The notes under the pieces are model-generated. The model was not told the DNA's origin. It did no database searches and saw nothing but the letters and a program-made list of their open reading frames with translations. A program made the position numbers and the translations under genes. This document shows positions 30,199-40,121 of a stretch of DNA of 60,704 bases, piece after piece. Every line of letters begins with the position of its first letter. Positions within the stretch are counted from its first letter, which is position 1. The stretch comes from Patescibacteria group bacterium (GTDB lineage: Bacteria; Patescibacteriota; Microgenomatia; 2-02-FULL-39-11): contig JAMCUI010000015.1 of the NCBI GenBank assembly GCA_023379265.1, positions 1 to 60,704 on the forward strand. The letters run 5' to 3'.

Positions 30199-31006
30199 TT
30201 ACGGGTTTATTGTAAGAGGGATAGAAGTCGGTCTTATTATAGGAGCCATTGCCCCGCTAATAGGTATATTTCTGGTACTTCGCCGGTATTCGCTTATTGC
30301 AGACACCCTATCCCATGTCTCTTTGGCAGGAGTGGCAGTTGGGCTTCTTTTGAAGATAAACCCTTTGATTACAGTGATTGCATCGGCTGTAGGCGCGTCT
30401 GTAGTAATTGAAAGATTGAGACTTTCCAAAAGGATTTATGGGGAGTCAGCCCTTTCCATATTTCTTTCAGGCAGTTTGGCTCTTGCAATAGTGCTCATAA
30501 GCGTTGCCAACGGTTTCAGCGTGGACCTTTTCAATTACCTTTTTGGAAGCATTGTGACGGTAAAAACAGCTGACGTATATATCATTTTGACTATCGGCAT
30601 ACTAATTCTTCTGACTGTTATCGCGTTTTATAAAGAGCTGGTCTATATCACCTTTGATGAAGAGGCAGCCAGGGTCGGCGGTATACCGACCAGATTTATA
30701 AATACTCTTCTTATCATTCTGACTGCCTTTACGGTGGCTGTTGCTATCCCAATAGTAGGGATACTTCTTATATCCGCTCTTATTGTCATTCCTGTTGTGG
30801 CGGCTCTTCAACTCCGAAGAAGCTTCATAAAGACAATTCTTTATGCTGAGGTGATATCCATATTTTCCGTACTGTCCGGAATAATAGGCTCATTTTATCT
30901 GAATCTTTCAGCCGGTGGAGTAATCGTGCTTATCAACCTTTTTATACTCCTTCTTACTTTTTCTTTTCAGAAATATATTTTTCCCCAGTCAAAGATGTCT
31001 ATCTGA
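30182..31006 (+). CDS. znuB: Metal ABC transporter permease
   Basis: 274-aa polytopic ABC-3 family permease (LIADTLSHVSLAGVA). Overlaps the end of znuC. Confidence 0.85.
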   Translation: MLNIFNYGFIVRGIEVGLIIGAIAPLIGIFLVLRRYSLIADTLSHVSLAGVAVGLLLKINPLITVIASAVGASVVIERLRLSKRIYGESALSIFLSGSLALAIVLISVANGFSVDLFNYLFGSIVTVKTADVYIILTIGILILLTVIAFYKELVYITFDEEAARVGGIPTRFINTLLIILTAFTVAVAIPIVGILLISALIVIPVVAALQLRRSFIKTILYAEVISIFSVLSGIIGSFYLNLSAGGVIVLINLFILLLTFSFQKYIFPQSKMSI

Positions 31007-31010
31007 TTTT

Positions 31011-32249
31011 TCAGCTGACGACTACTTTATCAATTTCAAAGATTGATCCTACAGAATAATGGTCGGAAAAGGAGATATTATGGCCGTTTTCGATGAAAGG
31101 GTCATTCATTTTGTAGTTACCGTTTGAACCGCTTGTCAAAACGACAAAATGTGTGCCTCCGTAAGCATATATTCCGACAATAACCGGATTATTGGAAGAG
31201 AGGATCGAGTCAATCTGTGCACCAATTCTGGACGCAGTCACGCCATTTACGGATATTGTGTAAAGAAGGTAAGCCGGATAATACGAAGCGAAATTGGATG
31301 GGTTGTTATTGATATCAAGTGGAGTCACTTTGTGTCCATAATGTGTGATGACCATTGCCATGGAGGTGACAAGACAACCGTCGCTGGCAATTGTGTATTG
31401 TGTGTGGTTTAGAGCGGTATTTCCCCATTGGGAATCACGCTGGTTATAATAACAACCCCAACTGTCACAGGATGTCTGACCTGATAAAATCGATGCTCCT
31501 CCCTGATTTGCCACGAAGTTGGAAAATCCTGCAAGTTGGGCCTTGGCAGCAGACAGTAGCCTCTGGTAGTTTTCTTCGCTACCTTGTGTCTCAGCAAGAA
31601 GTCTTTTTTTGGATGTTTCCTCATCAGCCAACTGTTTGGTATAGGATTCGAGTTGGACTTGTAGGGCTTTGAGTTTGGCTTGTTTATCTTCAAGAATTTG
31701 CTTTTGTTCTGTAAAGTTCACTTTGGTCATCTGGACTTGGATCATCAGTTCTTTATCGTGGTCCTGAACTATGCGCAGATATGATTCCTTCATCACGAAA
31801 TCCGATAAGCTTTTGGAAGACATGAGAAGCTGTAAGGGTTGTACGGAGCCGACTTTATAGGTAGCCAGAATCCTTTCCAAAAGGACGTTTCCCACCTGGT
31901 TGAGTGAGCCTTCAAGAGTCGCGATTTTAGTTGACGTAATCTCTATATTGTTTTCCAGATCATCAATCTGGGTTTTGGTTTCAGCGATCCTGAGGGTAGT
32001 CACTTTCATTTGTGTGTCATAGTAAGAGATCTGATCTGATAGAGTTTTTTCCTGTCCCTGAAGGTCACTGATTTTATTTTCCAGATCATGAATCTGGTTT
32101 TCCAGATCCTGGAGTGATTGGCTGTTGGCTGGTTGAGAAGTCGGAGTTTGGGCGAAAATATCTTTTCTTGACGGAAAGGATATATAAATCAGTATTATAA
32201 AAACAGGGATTGAGATGATGAGTAAAAACTTTTTTATACGATAGGTCAT
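31011..32249 (-). CDS. Membrane-anchored coiled-coil protein with a C-terminal C39-like cysteine peptidase domain (putative cell-wall hydrolase)
   Basis: N-terminal TM segment and a long heptad-rich region. The C-terminus carries DGCLVTSMAMVITHYG (Cys) and GGTHFVVLTSG (His), typical of Peptidase_C39_2-like domains. Confidence 0.6.
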   Translation of the reverse strand: MTYRIKKFLLIISIPVFIILIYISFPSRKDIFAQTPTSQPANSQSLQDLENQIHDLENKISDLQGQEKTLSDQISYYDTQMKVTTLRIAETKTQIDDLENNIEITSTKIATLEGSLNQVGNVLLERILATYKVGSVQPLQLLMSSKSLSDFVMKESYLRIVQDHDKELMIQVQMTKVNFTEQKQILEDKQAKLKALQVQLESYTKQLADEETSKKRLLAETQGSEENYQRLLSAAKAQLAGFSNFVANQGGASILSGQTSCDSWGCYYNQRDSQWGNTALNHTQYTIASDGCLVTSMAMVITHYGHKVTPLDINNNPSNFASYYPAYLLYTISVNGVTASRIGAQIDSILSSNNPVIVGIYAYGGTHFVVLTSGSNGNYKMNDPFIENGHNISFSDHYSVGSIFEIDKVVVS

Positions 32250-32417
32250 AAAAGAAATTTGAGTCTGGTAAACCTATTTTATTGTGAAAGAGGTGGGACC
32301 GGATATAAGAATCAATATCCGTCCGTAAGATCTATTCTAATGTTTTTTCCCGGTTATCTCAATATTCCCTAAGCTGTTCATGGTGAAAATTAAAAAATAG
32401 AATTATTATTATAATTT

Positions 32418-32548
32418 ACGGGTCCTGCCGTTTGAGTATTCCAAGTCTTCGTTTTAGAGCGCTCGCGATGAAAGTTTATATTATCCATAGAGTCTTAACC
32501 GCTCGCTAATTAAAACTCAGCTTGGAAGCCTTCTCAAACATCACCCGT
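32418..32548. other. 131-nt extended imperfect hairpin (candidate structured RNA or inverted-repeat element)
   Basis: Three collinear complementary segments close the element: ACGGGT/ACCCGT, GTTTGAG/CTCAAAC and TCCAAG(g)/CTTGGA (about 20 bp in total). An internal 9-bp hairpin is GAGTTTTAA...TTAAGACTC on the minus strand. Confidence 0.5.
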
Positions 32549-32583
32549 TGTTAAAAGTAATGTATTTTATTTTCTTAGTATTT

Positions 32584-34185
32584 TCAATTATTGTTAACAG
32601 ATTTCACTTCGTCCGTCACGTCCTTAAACTGGTAAAGGTGTTTCATATCCGGAAAAATGTAATTTTTGTCGGGCAAAATCGGAAAATCGGTTTTGAAGTA
32701 GAGGTTGCTTATAAGGCGCAGCGAATTGACAGGAGAGATAGCGGGATAGAGACTTTTGTGTGAGACTCCCGGCAGATAGTAGGCGGCAAAAATAGGGAAT
32801 TTTTCTTTCAGGAGATCGGTTGTAGCTTTGCTCCAACTGTCGGCTGGAATTACCTTTTCTCCCAAAAATGGAGCCCCTTCGTCAGTCTCAAGAAGTATGA
32901 CAGGAGGCCGTGGACTTTCCTTCAAAATTGTGTTTATGACGTCTTCAATCTTCAAGTTAATACAGTTTACCTGGTTGGTATAGTTTTCTGTCTCTGTCTT
33001 CTTGAGAGTTTTCCGGGGTCCGATATTTTGACAATTTCTGTCAAAGACGTAAGGTCCGTGAGGGGCGATAATATGGGTAAAGACAAACTTAGGGCCAGGT
33101 AATTTTGCTACTTCTGGTAATTCCCTAAACTGGTAGAGTATCCTTTTTCTTTTATCCTCGATTGATTCGGTAATGACATTTCTGGGAAGGTATCTTATGA
33201 TTAGAGGCCTTAGTATAGAAGATTCAAGTATGGTATAGCTGAAATCATCGATACTGCCGATATTTTCTTTCTCAATAATAAAATTGTCGTCAGCCAGCGG
33301 ATTAAAGTGGGTCGGTCCCCACCAGGAGCCCATCTGGTAATAACCGTATCCCAATTCCCTGATCAGTCGCAGGAAATTGTTATTTTCAATCAGAGTGCTG
33401 ACAAGCGTCTGGTCACCAGAATTTTTGTATTTTGAGAGATAGTCAAGATACTCCATATTCAGCATTGAAGTGATGGAAAGGAATGATTTGGGGTAATTGG
33501 ATGCGCTTTCACTTGCGATATAAAACTTCTTGTCTTTCAAAAAATCGAGAAAGCCAGTACTGTCATAATTGAAATATTGTTTCAATACTGAAGGTGCAGA
33601 ATAATCTTCGGGCAATATAAAATAGATATCCGGCAGTTTATTACGGTTAAATTCCGACTCATTTATATCCGGCAGGACCAATGGGCTTTGGGGTCCGGTT
33701 TCCTGGCGCTGGGAAATTTCATAATGTCCGATCTGGAAAATATTGAGAAAAGTGATTATTAGGGCAATTAGAAGAAGAAAACGGTTCAAAAGTATAAGGC
33801 GCGTTTTGAGCCTCCTGACAAAAAGGAAAGTCAGGAGGAATAAGATAAAGCATATTGCAAGGGCAAAATGCGATTTGTTGTCTACAAACAAATCTGATTT
33901 TATGGGGATATTTCCCAGTAAGGAAAAAATGCCAATATAGGAAAAGAATATGATGATAAAAAATGAGGAGAAAACTTTCCCTTTTTCCCTGTTTTTCATC
34001 AGCGGCAGAGATAATAGATAAACAATAAAAGCAAAGATGACGGCCGCAACTGACGGAATGGTTATCTCAGAGAGCGAAAGTTCGCCGATATTGTGGAAAA
34101 AAGAGACCAATATAAAAGAAGAGGAAAAAAGAACCGCGGATAAGGGCAGGAAGGACAATAAGGATTTCAGATATTTCATCTTCAA
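32584..34185 (-). CDS. Membrane protein with an extracytoplasmic sulfatase/alkaline-phosphatase-superfamily domain (LTA-synthase-like)
   Basis: About 5 N-terminal TM helices, then a soluble domain containing FVFTHIIAPHGPYVFD. Confidence 0.6.
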   Translation of the reverse strand: MKMKYLKSLLSFLPLSAVLFSSSFILVSFFHNIGELSLSEITIPSVAAVIFAFIVYLLSLPLMKNREKGKVFSSFFIIIFFSYIGIFSLLGNIPIKSDLFVDNKSHFALAICFILFLLTFLFVRRLKTRLILLNRFLLLIALIITFLNIFQIGHYEISQRQETGPQSPLVLPDINESEFNRNKLPDIYFILPEDYSAPSVLKQYFNYDSTGFLDFLKDKKFYIASESASNYPKSFLSITSMLNMEYLDYLSKYKNSGDQTLVSTLIENNNFLRLIRELGYGYYQMGSWWGPTHFNPLADDNFIIEKENIGSIDDFSYTILESSILRPLIIRYLPRNVITESIEDKRKRILYQFRELPEVAKLPGPKFVFTHIIAPHGPYVFDRNCQNIGPRKTLKKTETENYTNQVNCINLKIEDVINTILKESPRPPVILLETDEGAPFLGEKVIPADSWSKATTDLLKEKFPIFAAYYLPGVSHKSLYPAISPVNSLRLISNLYFKTDFPILPDKNYIFPDMKHLYQFKDVTDEVKSVNNN

Positions 34186-35630
34186 TCCTTTTTCAACATA
34201 AGATAAATAATGCGTTGGGATTGTGGAATAATTGTTTTTTCTCTGATGGTAAAGTAGTGCCCAAATTCTTTCTCAAAATGTTCCTGGTTGTAGTCTGAAA
34301 ATACGTCTTCCCTGTTTTGCAGAAGAAGTTTCACGCGATTGTCTCCTTTGGGCACAAATTCAATAATCAGCGATTGGCAAATCTCGGAAAAAAAAGACGC
34401 CAGCAGGGAAAGAGGAATATTGTGTGTCATAACCAGATGATGTACTAGTGCCAGAGCCATCACCATGTCAGGGCGTGGACGGCCAAAGATGAGAGGTTCT
34501 CTTTCAAGATTGACCCATCCCAAGGCAGGAGTCGGGTTGGTGATATCTATCCAAAGCGGTAGTATATTTTTCTCATTGTTTTTTTTCATCAGGATATAGT
34601 TTTTCTCCACAGCAGGATAGTCATAATCCATGGATATGGTATATATACCCATTTCAGAAGCTATCCTACTGAACATTCCGGCATTGGCACCGATATCCCA
34701 CAACGTTTTTGGATGGATAGTCTTCAGGTATTTTGCGACAATCTTTTTCTTCTTATCAAATGCATCACTATGATAACTGCCTTTGGTATCACCTTCATAA
34801 TAGTGTGACCAGGTGGACTTAACATCCTGCCATTTCATGCCTCTTATGGTACTCTCAAGACTATCCAGTATTCCTAAAAGTGATTGTTTACTGAGAGATC
34901 TTTCTCCCTTTTCTGACAAGGGAATACTTGAGTATTTTTTCTGGCTTCTGGCGTGAAGGCTAATGTGCATAAAAAGGGATAGATTCATCTTGGCTGAAAG
35001 AGGGAGCAGTTTGGCAGCAAGATCCAAAGGGATGTTTCCCAAATAGTCCTGAAGAAGTTTAGCCAACCGGAAATCTCTATAAGCTACGACTGCAAGAGGA
35101 GACAGGAATTGCTCACAGAACTGTCTGTAGGCTACCCATGGTTGACCTTCAACATATTTTTCAAAGGATAGCGTGTCTATAAAAATGGGCTTGCCGTCCG
35201 GGAGAAACTGGATATTGAAACTGGTAGCATCCTTAAGACTCATATCAAAAGATAAAGCTGTCTTTTGTATCAAGAGTGTAAGAAGGGCCGTGTCTTTAAG
35301 CTGGCTGAAACACCATTCATAAGGATAGGAGATGAAAGGGATAATTTCGGGAGCGATAATTTTGTATGCTAGTGAATTTTTAGGAGAATTGCTTATTTCT
35401 TTATGGGTGATGAGATATTTTTTCTCAACAAGCTTTTTATAAAGGCCTGACTGCATAAGAGAGTCATAATTTTCCTTATAAAAAAGATTTACCTGCCGGA
35501 AAATCTTACCATCTTTGGTATAGATGAAACCGCTTGGATCTTTATAGGAAGCAGGATTGGAGATCTCGCTTGAACTTTGCATGTTTTTAGAAGCGGAGGA
35601 GATTGAGGTTGTTTTGTGTTTAGTCGGCAT
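34182..35630 (-). CDS. Class I SAM-dependent methyltransferase with an N-terminal extension
   Basis: Motif I LWDIGANAGMFS; 4-nt overlap with the downstream gene. Confidence 0.65.
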   Translation of the reverse strand: MPTKHKTTSISSASKNMQSSSEISNPASYKDPSGFIYTKDGKIFRQVNLFYKENYDSLMQSGLYKKLVEKKYLITHKEISNSPKNSLAYKIIAPEIIPFISYPYEWCFSQLKDTALLTLLIQKTALSFDMSLKDATSFNIQFLPDGKPIFIDTLSFEKYVEGQPWVAYRQFCEQFLSPLAVVAYRDFRLAKLLQDYLGNIPLDLAAKLLPLSAKMNLSLFMHISLHARSQKKYSSIPLSEKGERSLSKQSLLGILDSLESTIRGMKWQDVKSTWSHYYEGDTKGSYHSDAFDKKKKIVAKYLKTIHPKTLWDIGANAGMFSRIASEMGIYTISMDYDYPAVEKNYILMKKNNEKNILPLWIDITNPTPALGWVNLEREPLIFGRPRPDMVMALALVHHLVMTHNIPLSLLASFFSEICQSLIIEFVPKGDNRVKLLLQNREDVFSDYNQEHFEKEFGHYFTIREKTIIPQSQRIIYLMLKKD

Positions 35631-35862
35631 CTTCGCTATCTGTCATAATTTTTCCGGAAGACTTTCGTCTAAAAATATCCTTGAATTTCCTGACTCCGGA
35701 TTTGAAAAAGAGAGAGCCGCCAAGAACTGTGGCAATAACCAATTGGAATATGTAGCTGCCTGTTCCCGGATCAAGGTATGCATAAGCCGGTTTGGGTACG
35801 ACGATAAGATAGAGAAGGAAGAAATAGATAAAAACTTTGGTTTTGGTTGACATGAATTTCAT
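35620..35862 (-). CDS. Small membrane protein (YLDPGTGS motif)
   Basis: The ATG at 35862 gives MKFMSTKTKVFIYFF... and two TM helices. Translationally coupled to the methyltransferase. Confidence 0.5.
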   Translation of the reverse strand: MKFMSTKTKVFIYFFLLYLIVVPKPAYAYLDPGTGSYIFQLVIATVLGGSLFFKSGVRKFKDIFRRKSSGKIMTDSEDAD

Positions 35863-36046
35863 CTTTGTAGATACCTGCAACTTATATCAAAACTTGATTT
35901 GAAGGCGGGATAGCGGTTTTGATAACTGCTATATATTATAATAAATTTTCAAAAAAAATAAACGGAGACTATTTTACTATCTGTTTGTAATCTATTATAC
36001 ACCCCTATAAAATATCTAATTTACCTGATAAAAAGCTGAGAAAATG

Positions 36047-36982
36047 TCAGGTTTTTGAGAAATAGTCATATACTGATCTGGACAATCTGGCTATGCGCTC
36101 TTGTGTTTCATCTGGAGAATCGCTCTCTGTCATGATAACTATAACGTAGTCACCTTTCGGGCTATAGACTATACCCGCATCATGGGTATATGTATCAATT
36201 TCTCCAGTCTTGTGTGCGATCACCGTTTCGGGAGGCAGATATTTGGGGATTTTTCCATTGAGCGCCTGTTTTTTCAGTAAATCGGTCATTTTCCAAGTAC
36301 TGTCACTATCAGCCAATTCTCCACTATATAATTTTTCAAAAAACATGGCGATATCATAAGGGGTGGTGACAGGTGGTTCTCCCAATCTGGATTCCTGGAA
36401 ATTATTTTTCGACAGAAAATCAGACACCGATGAAAGAGTCAGTTTGTCAGATAGGAGAAGGGCAGCATCATTATCCGAAACAGTGATCATTTTATTTAAC
36501 GCATCATCTGTCGACATGGTGACTGTGCCTAACGTCTGGTCAGCATAACTTGGGTCGATATCAAATTCACTGTTTAATACCTGTATGTCCTGACTGAGTA
36601 TATCGTTTTCACTAAGGAGGCCTTTTTGTATCTGGTCGAAAGTTTGGGCCATTACCCAAAGTTTGTAAAGGCTGGCAGCGTTAAAGGAAGTATGCTCATT
36701 GTAAAAATAATTTTCTCCCGTCCTTAAGTTCTGTATGACTATACCGTATGTGCCGGGGGCGTCTCTCAATGAGTTTTCTACTATATCTTTCAGGTTGGGG
36801 GTTTGAAGCGGAGTAGAAAGTAAAGACGGGGATGGTGAGACTTCTTGGGTAGGAGTAGGGAGTATGACGACTGTGGAATTTTCTTTAGCGGAGCTTCTTT
36901 CGGTGAGTTTCAGATAGGCGGGTACAGCAAAAATGGCCAAAGCAATAATGAAGGCTAAGAATTTAGAAATTTTTGCAAACAT
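36047..36982 (-). CDS. Class A beta-lactamase-like serine hydrolase
   Basis: N-terminal anchor plus SxxK (ASLYK), SDN (VSDND) and KTG (HKTGE) motifs. Confidence 0.75.
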   Translation of the reverse strand: MFAKISKFLAFIIALAIFAVPAYLKLTERSSAKENSTVVILPTPTQEVSPSPSLLSTPLQTPNLKDIVENSLRDAPGTYGIVIQNLRTGENYFYNEHTSFNAASLYKLWVMAQTFDQIQKGLLSENDILSQDIQVLNSEFDIDPSYADQTLGTVTMSTDDALNKMITVSDNDAALLLSDKLTLSSVSDFLSKNNFQESRLGEPPVTTPYDIAMFFEKLYSGELADSDSTWKMTDLLKKQALNGKIPKYLPPETVIAHKTGEIDTYTHDAGIVYSPKGDYVIVIMTESDSPDETQERIARLSRSVYDYFSKT

Positions 36983-37341
36983 TACCGCAATAATTGAAGA
37001 TTTTTTATCAGTTATATCCGTGTGTTTAGCTTTCGGTTATTTTCCTATCATACAAAAATCTCCGGCTTTTTGTAAGGACAAGAAGAAATATAAACTGCGA
37101 TGGGTAAAAAATAAAGAGAGGATTGTGGGTAAGATGTAGCATGCCGTATATCTTATACCGGTTTTGCCGGAAATACTTTGACATATACAAGCAAAATACC
37201 CCTTTTACCTGAAAAACTGCTTATACTCACATAACTCAGGTTTGCAGCTGAGTTACTCAGTATATACCCAACCTAATCTGCTTTTTCGGCTTTACGAGCT
37301 TCAAACCAGAGTAAGATGGGTATAGAGAGAAACCTACGGGT

Positions 37342-37968
37342 TTATTCCATGACATCCAGAATTTGTGCAAGTCTTGGTTTGTCAAAGCCGATTATATACT
37401 CCGGTTCCATATCCTCGTATTGTATCTCGGTTACCGGCACACCCATTTGTCCGGTTTTTCTGACCATCTCTTCAGCCGCCTGTTGGTTTAGGTCGACATG
37501 GATTACTTCATGGTTTATTTTATTTCTTTCTAGCCAGGCCTGTTCCATCTTGCAGTATGGGCAGGTCATAGTGGAGTAGAGGCGCACTTTTTGCGGTTTT
37601 GATTCTTCTACACCAGCAGACTCATCTATAAGTTTTTTAATTTTTACCTCTGCGTCCGATGCCAGCTGGGAAATCTTGTCGTTTTGTGCCAGAGCCTTTA
37701 TCACGGCAGGTTGCCCCGTACCCGCAAGGACATCTTTATCTTTTTGGAAGACGGATATGGCACAAGGCAAAAAACCTAAAAGATTATGGTTTTCCGCAAC
37801 AATCGTCTTTATCCATTCGGGTCTACAAATAAGGATCATCTTACCAATTTTGTCCGGCAGTTCAGCTTCACCAAGAATTTTCCAACCGTCCTCTTTGGCT
37901 TTTTGTGTAACGTTGTCAACGGTTTTGCCCAAAGTGAATTTGCTTTTCCTAAAGTATGCGATGTTCAT
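37342..37968 (-). CDS. DUF302-like domain fused to a glutaredoxin/NrdH-like domain
   Basis: The C-terminal 80 aa contain CPYC and the GVPVT motif of the Grx fold. The N-terminal 120 aa resemble DUF302. Confidence 0.65.
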   Translation of the reverse strand: MNIAYFRKSKFTLGKTVDNVTQKAKEDGWKILGEAELPDKIGKMILICRPEWIKTIVAENHNLLGFLPCAISVFQKDKDVLAGTGQPAVIKALAQNDKISQLASDAEVKIKKLIDESAGVEESKPQKVRLYSTMTCPYCKMEQAWLERNKINHEVIHVDLNQQAAEEMVRKTGQMGVPVTEIQYEDMEPEYIIGFDKPRLAQILDVME

Positions 37969-37985
37969 AAAATACCTCCTAAATA

Positions 37986-38015
37986 TTTTTAATCCGCCTT
38001 CGCGAAATTCCCCGG
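37986..38015 (+). repeat. Dispersed intergenic motif, degenerate copy C (TTTTTAATCCgcCTTCGCGAAATtCCcCGG)
   Basis: Gapped similarity to copies A and B; contains the perfect palindrome TTCGCGAA. Confidence 0.45.
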
Positions 38016-38126
38016 CCCGTTTCGTCCAACCTTAAGCCAGGCGTAAGATCAAGGGATACAGAGGCCTTTTTTCGCTTCGGCGAGGTTTACGCTCAGACGA
38101 AGCGCATTATTAAGATTCCCCAACCG

Positions 38127-38399
38127 TTAAGTTGTGGGAGCTTTAACAGAAAAATTTTGAATCATCTCTGCAATCTTTGCCGCTTTTTGGTTCGTGAGAG
38201 AGTAGTAAATGAATTTGCCCTCTTTCTCGCTTTTGACCAGGCCTGATTTTTTCAGTTTTAATAGATGCTGGGATACTGCCGATTGGGACAGGCCGCAATT
38301 TCTTACCAGATCTTGGACGTTTTTGCTTCTTGCCGAAAGGCATCTTATAAGCTTGAGTCTTACCGGATTGCAGATTGCAGAAATTACCAAGTGTCTCAT
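38127..38399 (-). CDS. ArsR/SmtB-family transcriptional regulator
   Basis: 90 aa with an ArsR-type HTH (VQDLVRNCGLSQSAVSQHLLKLKKSGLV). Confidence 0.85.
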   Translation of the reverse strand: MRHLVISAICNPVRLKLIRCLSARSKNVQDLVRNCGLSQSAVSQHLLKLKKSGLVKSEKEGKFIYYSLTNQKAAKIAEMIQNFSVKAPTT

Positions 38400-38406
38400 G
38401 AGGATA

Positions 38407-38430
38407 ATATATTAGCATTTACTAATATGT
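38407..38430. promoter_or_regulatory. Inverted repeat directly upstream of the ArsR-family gene (candidate operator)
   Basis: ATATATTAG-n6-CTAATATGT (8 of 9 complementary), starting 8 nt from the start codon. Confidence 0.4.
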
Positions 38431-38636
38431 ATGTCAAGGTCTATCCTCAAGGCATTAATTTACAGGTTCTACCACGTCGATCATTACTTATCTAATATTT
38501 TTAAGTATAGCTGGCATAAAGCACTCCATATGCGATTTACGAAAATTTCCATCTGCTTCGCATATTCCACTTTTTATCAATATCTCAATTATTCTGTACT
38601 TAGAGTTTACAATTGCTTATGATATGGATAAAAAGA

Positions 38637-40121
38637 ATGAAGAAATTTTTGGCTGGGTTTAACAAGCATATATATCTTTGGGGAACGGTTTTTTTCCTTG
38701 CGGTAAATCTATTCCAGCTGACGAGCATGCCTATATTCAACGATGAGGGAATCTATCTCCATTGGGGCCGCGAATTCTATCAGGGTTTAGGCAAAGGGTA
38801 TCCCCTTATGGTGGCAGTTGACGGCAAACAGACAGGAGTCCCTTTAGTATATGGGTTGTTGCAGTTTCTACCGATTGATCCTCTCTTGTCTGTCCGTTTT
38901 TTTAGCGTAGCCGTATCACTTGTTACATTTTTGGCCATCCTTGCCGTTTATAAAAAAGTCAGCGAGAAAAGACCGGATATCTTTTTGGTGCTTTTGCTGA
39001 CATTCAGCCCCTATCTTCTTTTTTTTGACCGGATGGCTCTTCCAGACGGATTGATTGCGGCATGTTATACATTGTCGGTTCTCATATCCCTCTCTTTATT
39101 TGAAAAACCGCAGATTATAAAGGGGTTGGCGCTGGGTGCGGTAATTGCCCTGGGATGGTGGTTTAAGTCAACCATACTTATCATACTGCCTCCATTTCTT
39201 ATCCTTTTGGTTTGGAGATTCAGGAAGAAAGATTTTTCTTCCGGGAGACTTATTGCGGCAGTTCTGGCAGGAGCTATGATTTTTCTTCTTATGGTTGCTC
39301 CGATAATCTTCCATCCTGATTACCAGAGGATGGCTTTTCCAGAAAGCAATAGAATTTACTCTTTTTCTGAAGTATTGCGCCAGGCGCCTAAGCTTTTTAC
39401 CGACAAAGCACCCCTTTATACAGCCTGGTTTGCCGATTATGCGACGCCTTTAGTCTTTATGTCATTTCTCTTGGGTATTTTGTGCCTGATAAAGAAAAAA
39501 GGCTACCGGCCTCTTTTTGTATTTCTGGTGGTGCCTATTCTTGCCGAAATATTTTTGGTCAAGATATTTTCTGCCAGATATATCGTTTATGTATTGCCTC
39601 TTTTTCTCCTTTTTTCCTATGAAGGCTTCTCTTTTATAAAACAAAAAAGTTGGAAGTATGCATTTTTATTTGCGACTCTCCTTTCATCCATGACAGTCAG
39701 TCTGCTCCTTATTTTTTATCCCGGGCGGTTTTACCAGCTGATGGAAAAATTTCCTAAAGGTCGTGAAGATCTTTACCAGTATTTTGACGGATGGACTTCA
39801 GGTTATGGGGTCAAAGAGGCGGCCGACTGGATAACAAAAGATGCGGGAGAAAGACTCAGTGTAGTCTTTGTCCGGGATGACAGCGGCAACCCAGAGGATG
39901 CGATGTATGTCTTCCTGCGGCGGGATAATATAAAAGTTTTCCCCATAAATCTTTTGGGCTATTTTGCCAGACAAAAGGACGTCAGGCTTTATTTTGTCTC
40001 AAGAGGTGTCCAGATGGGAGGAGTGGAAAAGTATGCACGGCTACTCAAAAGATATGATAAGCCTTTTGGGAATGAATATATAGGTATATATAATATTGCG
40101 CTTCCGGAATCGGGAAGTTAG
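38637..40121 (+). CDS. GT39/ArnT-like (PMT_2) membrane glycosyltransferase
   Basis: About 11 TM helices with a short C-terminal soluble domain. Start ambiguous (TTG 38613, ATG 38619, ATG 38637). Confidence 0.6.
   Translation: MKKFLAGFNKHIYLWGTVFFLAVNLFQLTSMPIFNDEGIYLHWGREFYQGLGKGYPLMVAVDGKQTGVPLVYGLLQFLPIDPLLSVRFFSVAVSLVTFLAILAVYKKVSEKRPDIFLVLLLTFSPYLLFFDRMALPDGLIAACYTLSVLISLSLFEKPQIIKGLALGAVIALGWWFKSTILIILPPFLILLVWRFRKKDFSSGRLIAAVLAGAMIFLLMVAPIIFHPDYQRMAFPESNRIYSFSEVLRQAPKLFTDKAPLYTAWFADYATPLVFMSFLLGILCLIKKKGYRPLFVFLVVPILAEIFLVKIFSARYIVYVLPLFLLFSYEGFSFIKQKSWKYAFLFATLLSSMTVSLLLIFYPGRFYQLMEKFPKGREDLYQYFDGWTSGYGVKEAADWITKDAGERLSVVFVRDDSGNPEDAMYVFLRRDNIKVFPINLLGYFARQKDVRLYFVSRGVQMGGVEKYARLLKRYDKPFGNEYIGIYNIALPESGS

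Noticed and set aside
32430-32539. A TPP riboswitch, suggested by CUGAG and GGAUAAU strings on the minus strand.
   Set aside because: It lacks the invariant GGGG, ACCUGA and GCGUAGGGA elements, and the neighbouring genes are unrelated to thiamine.
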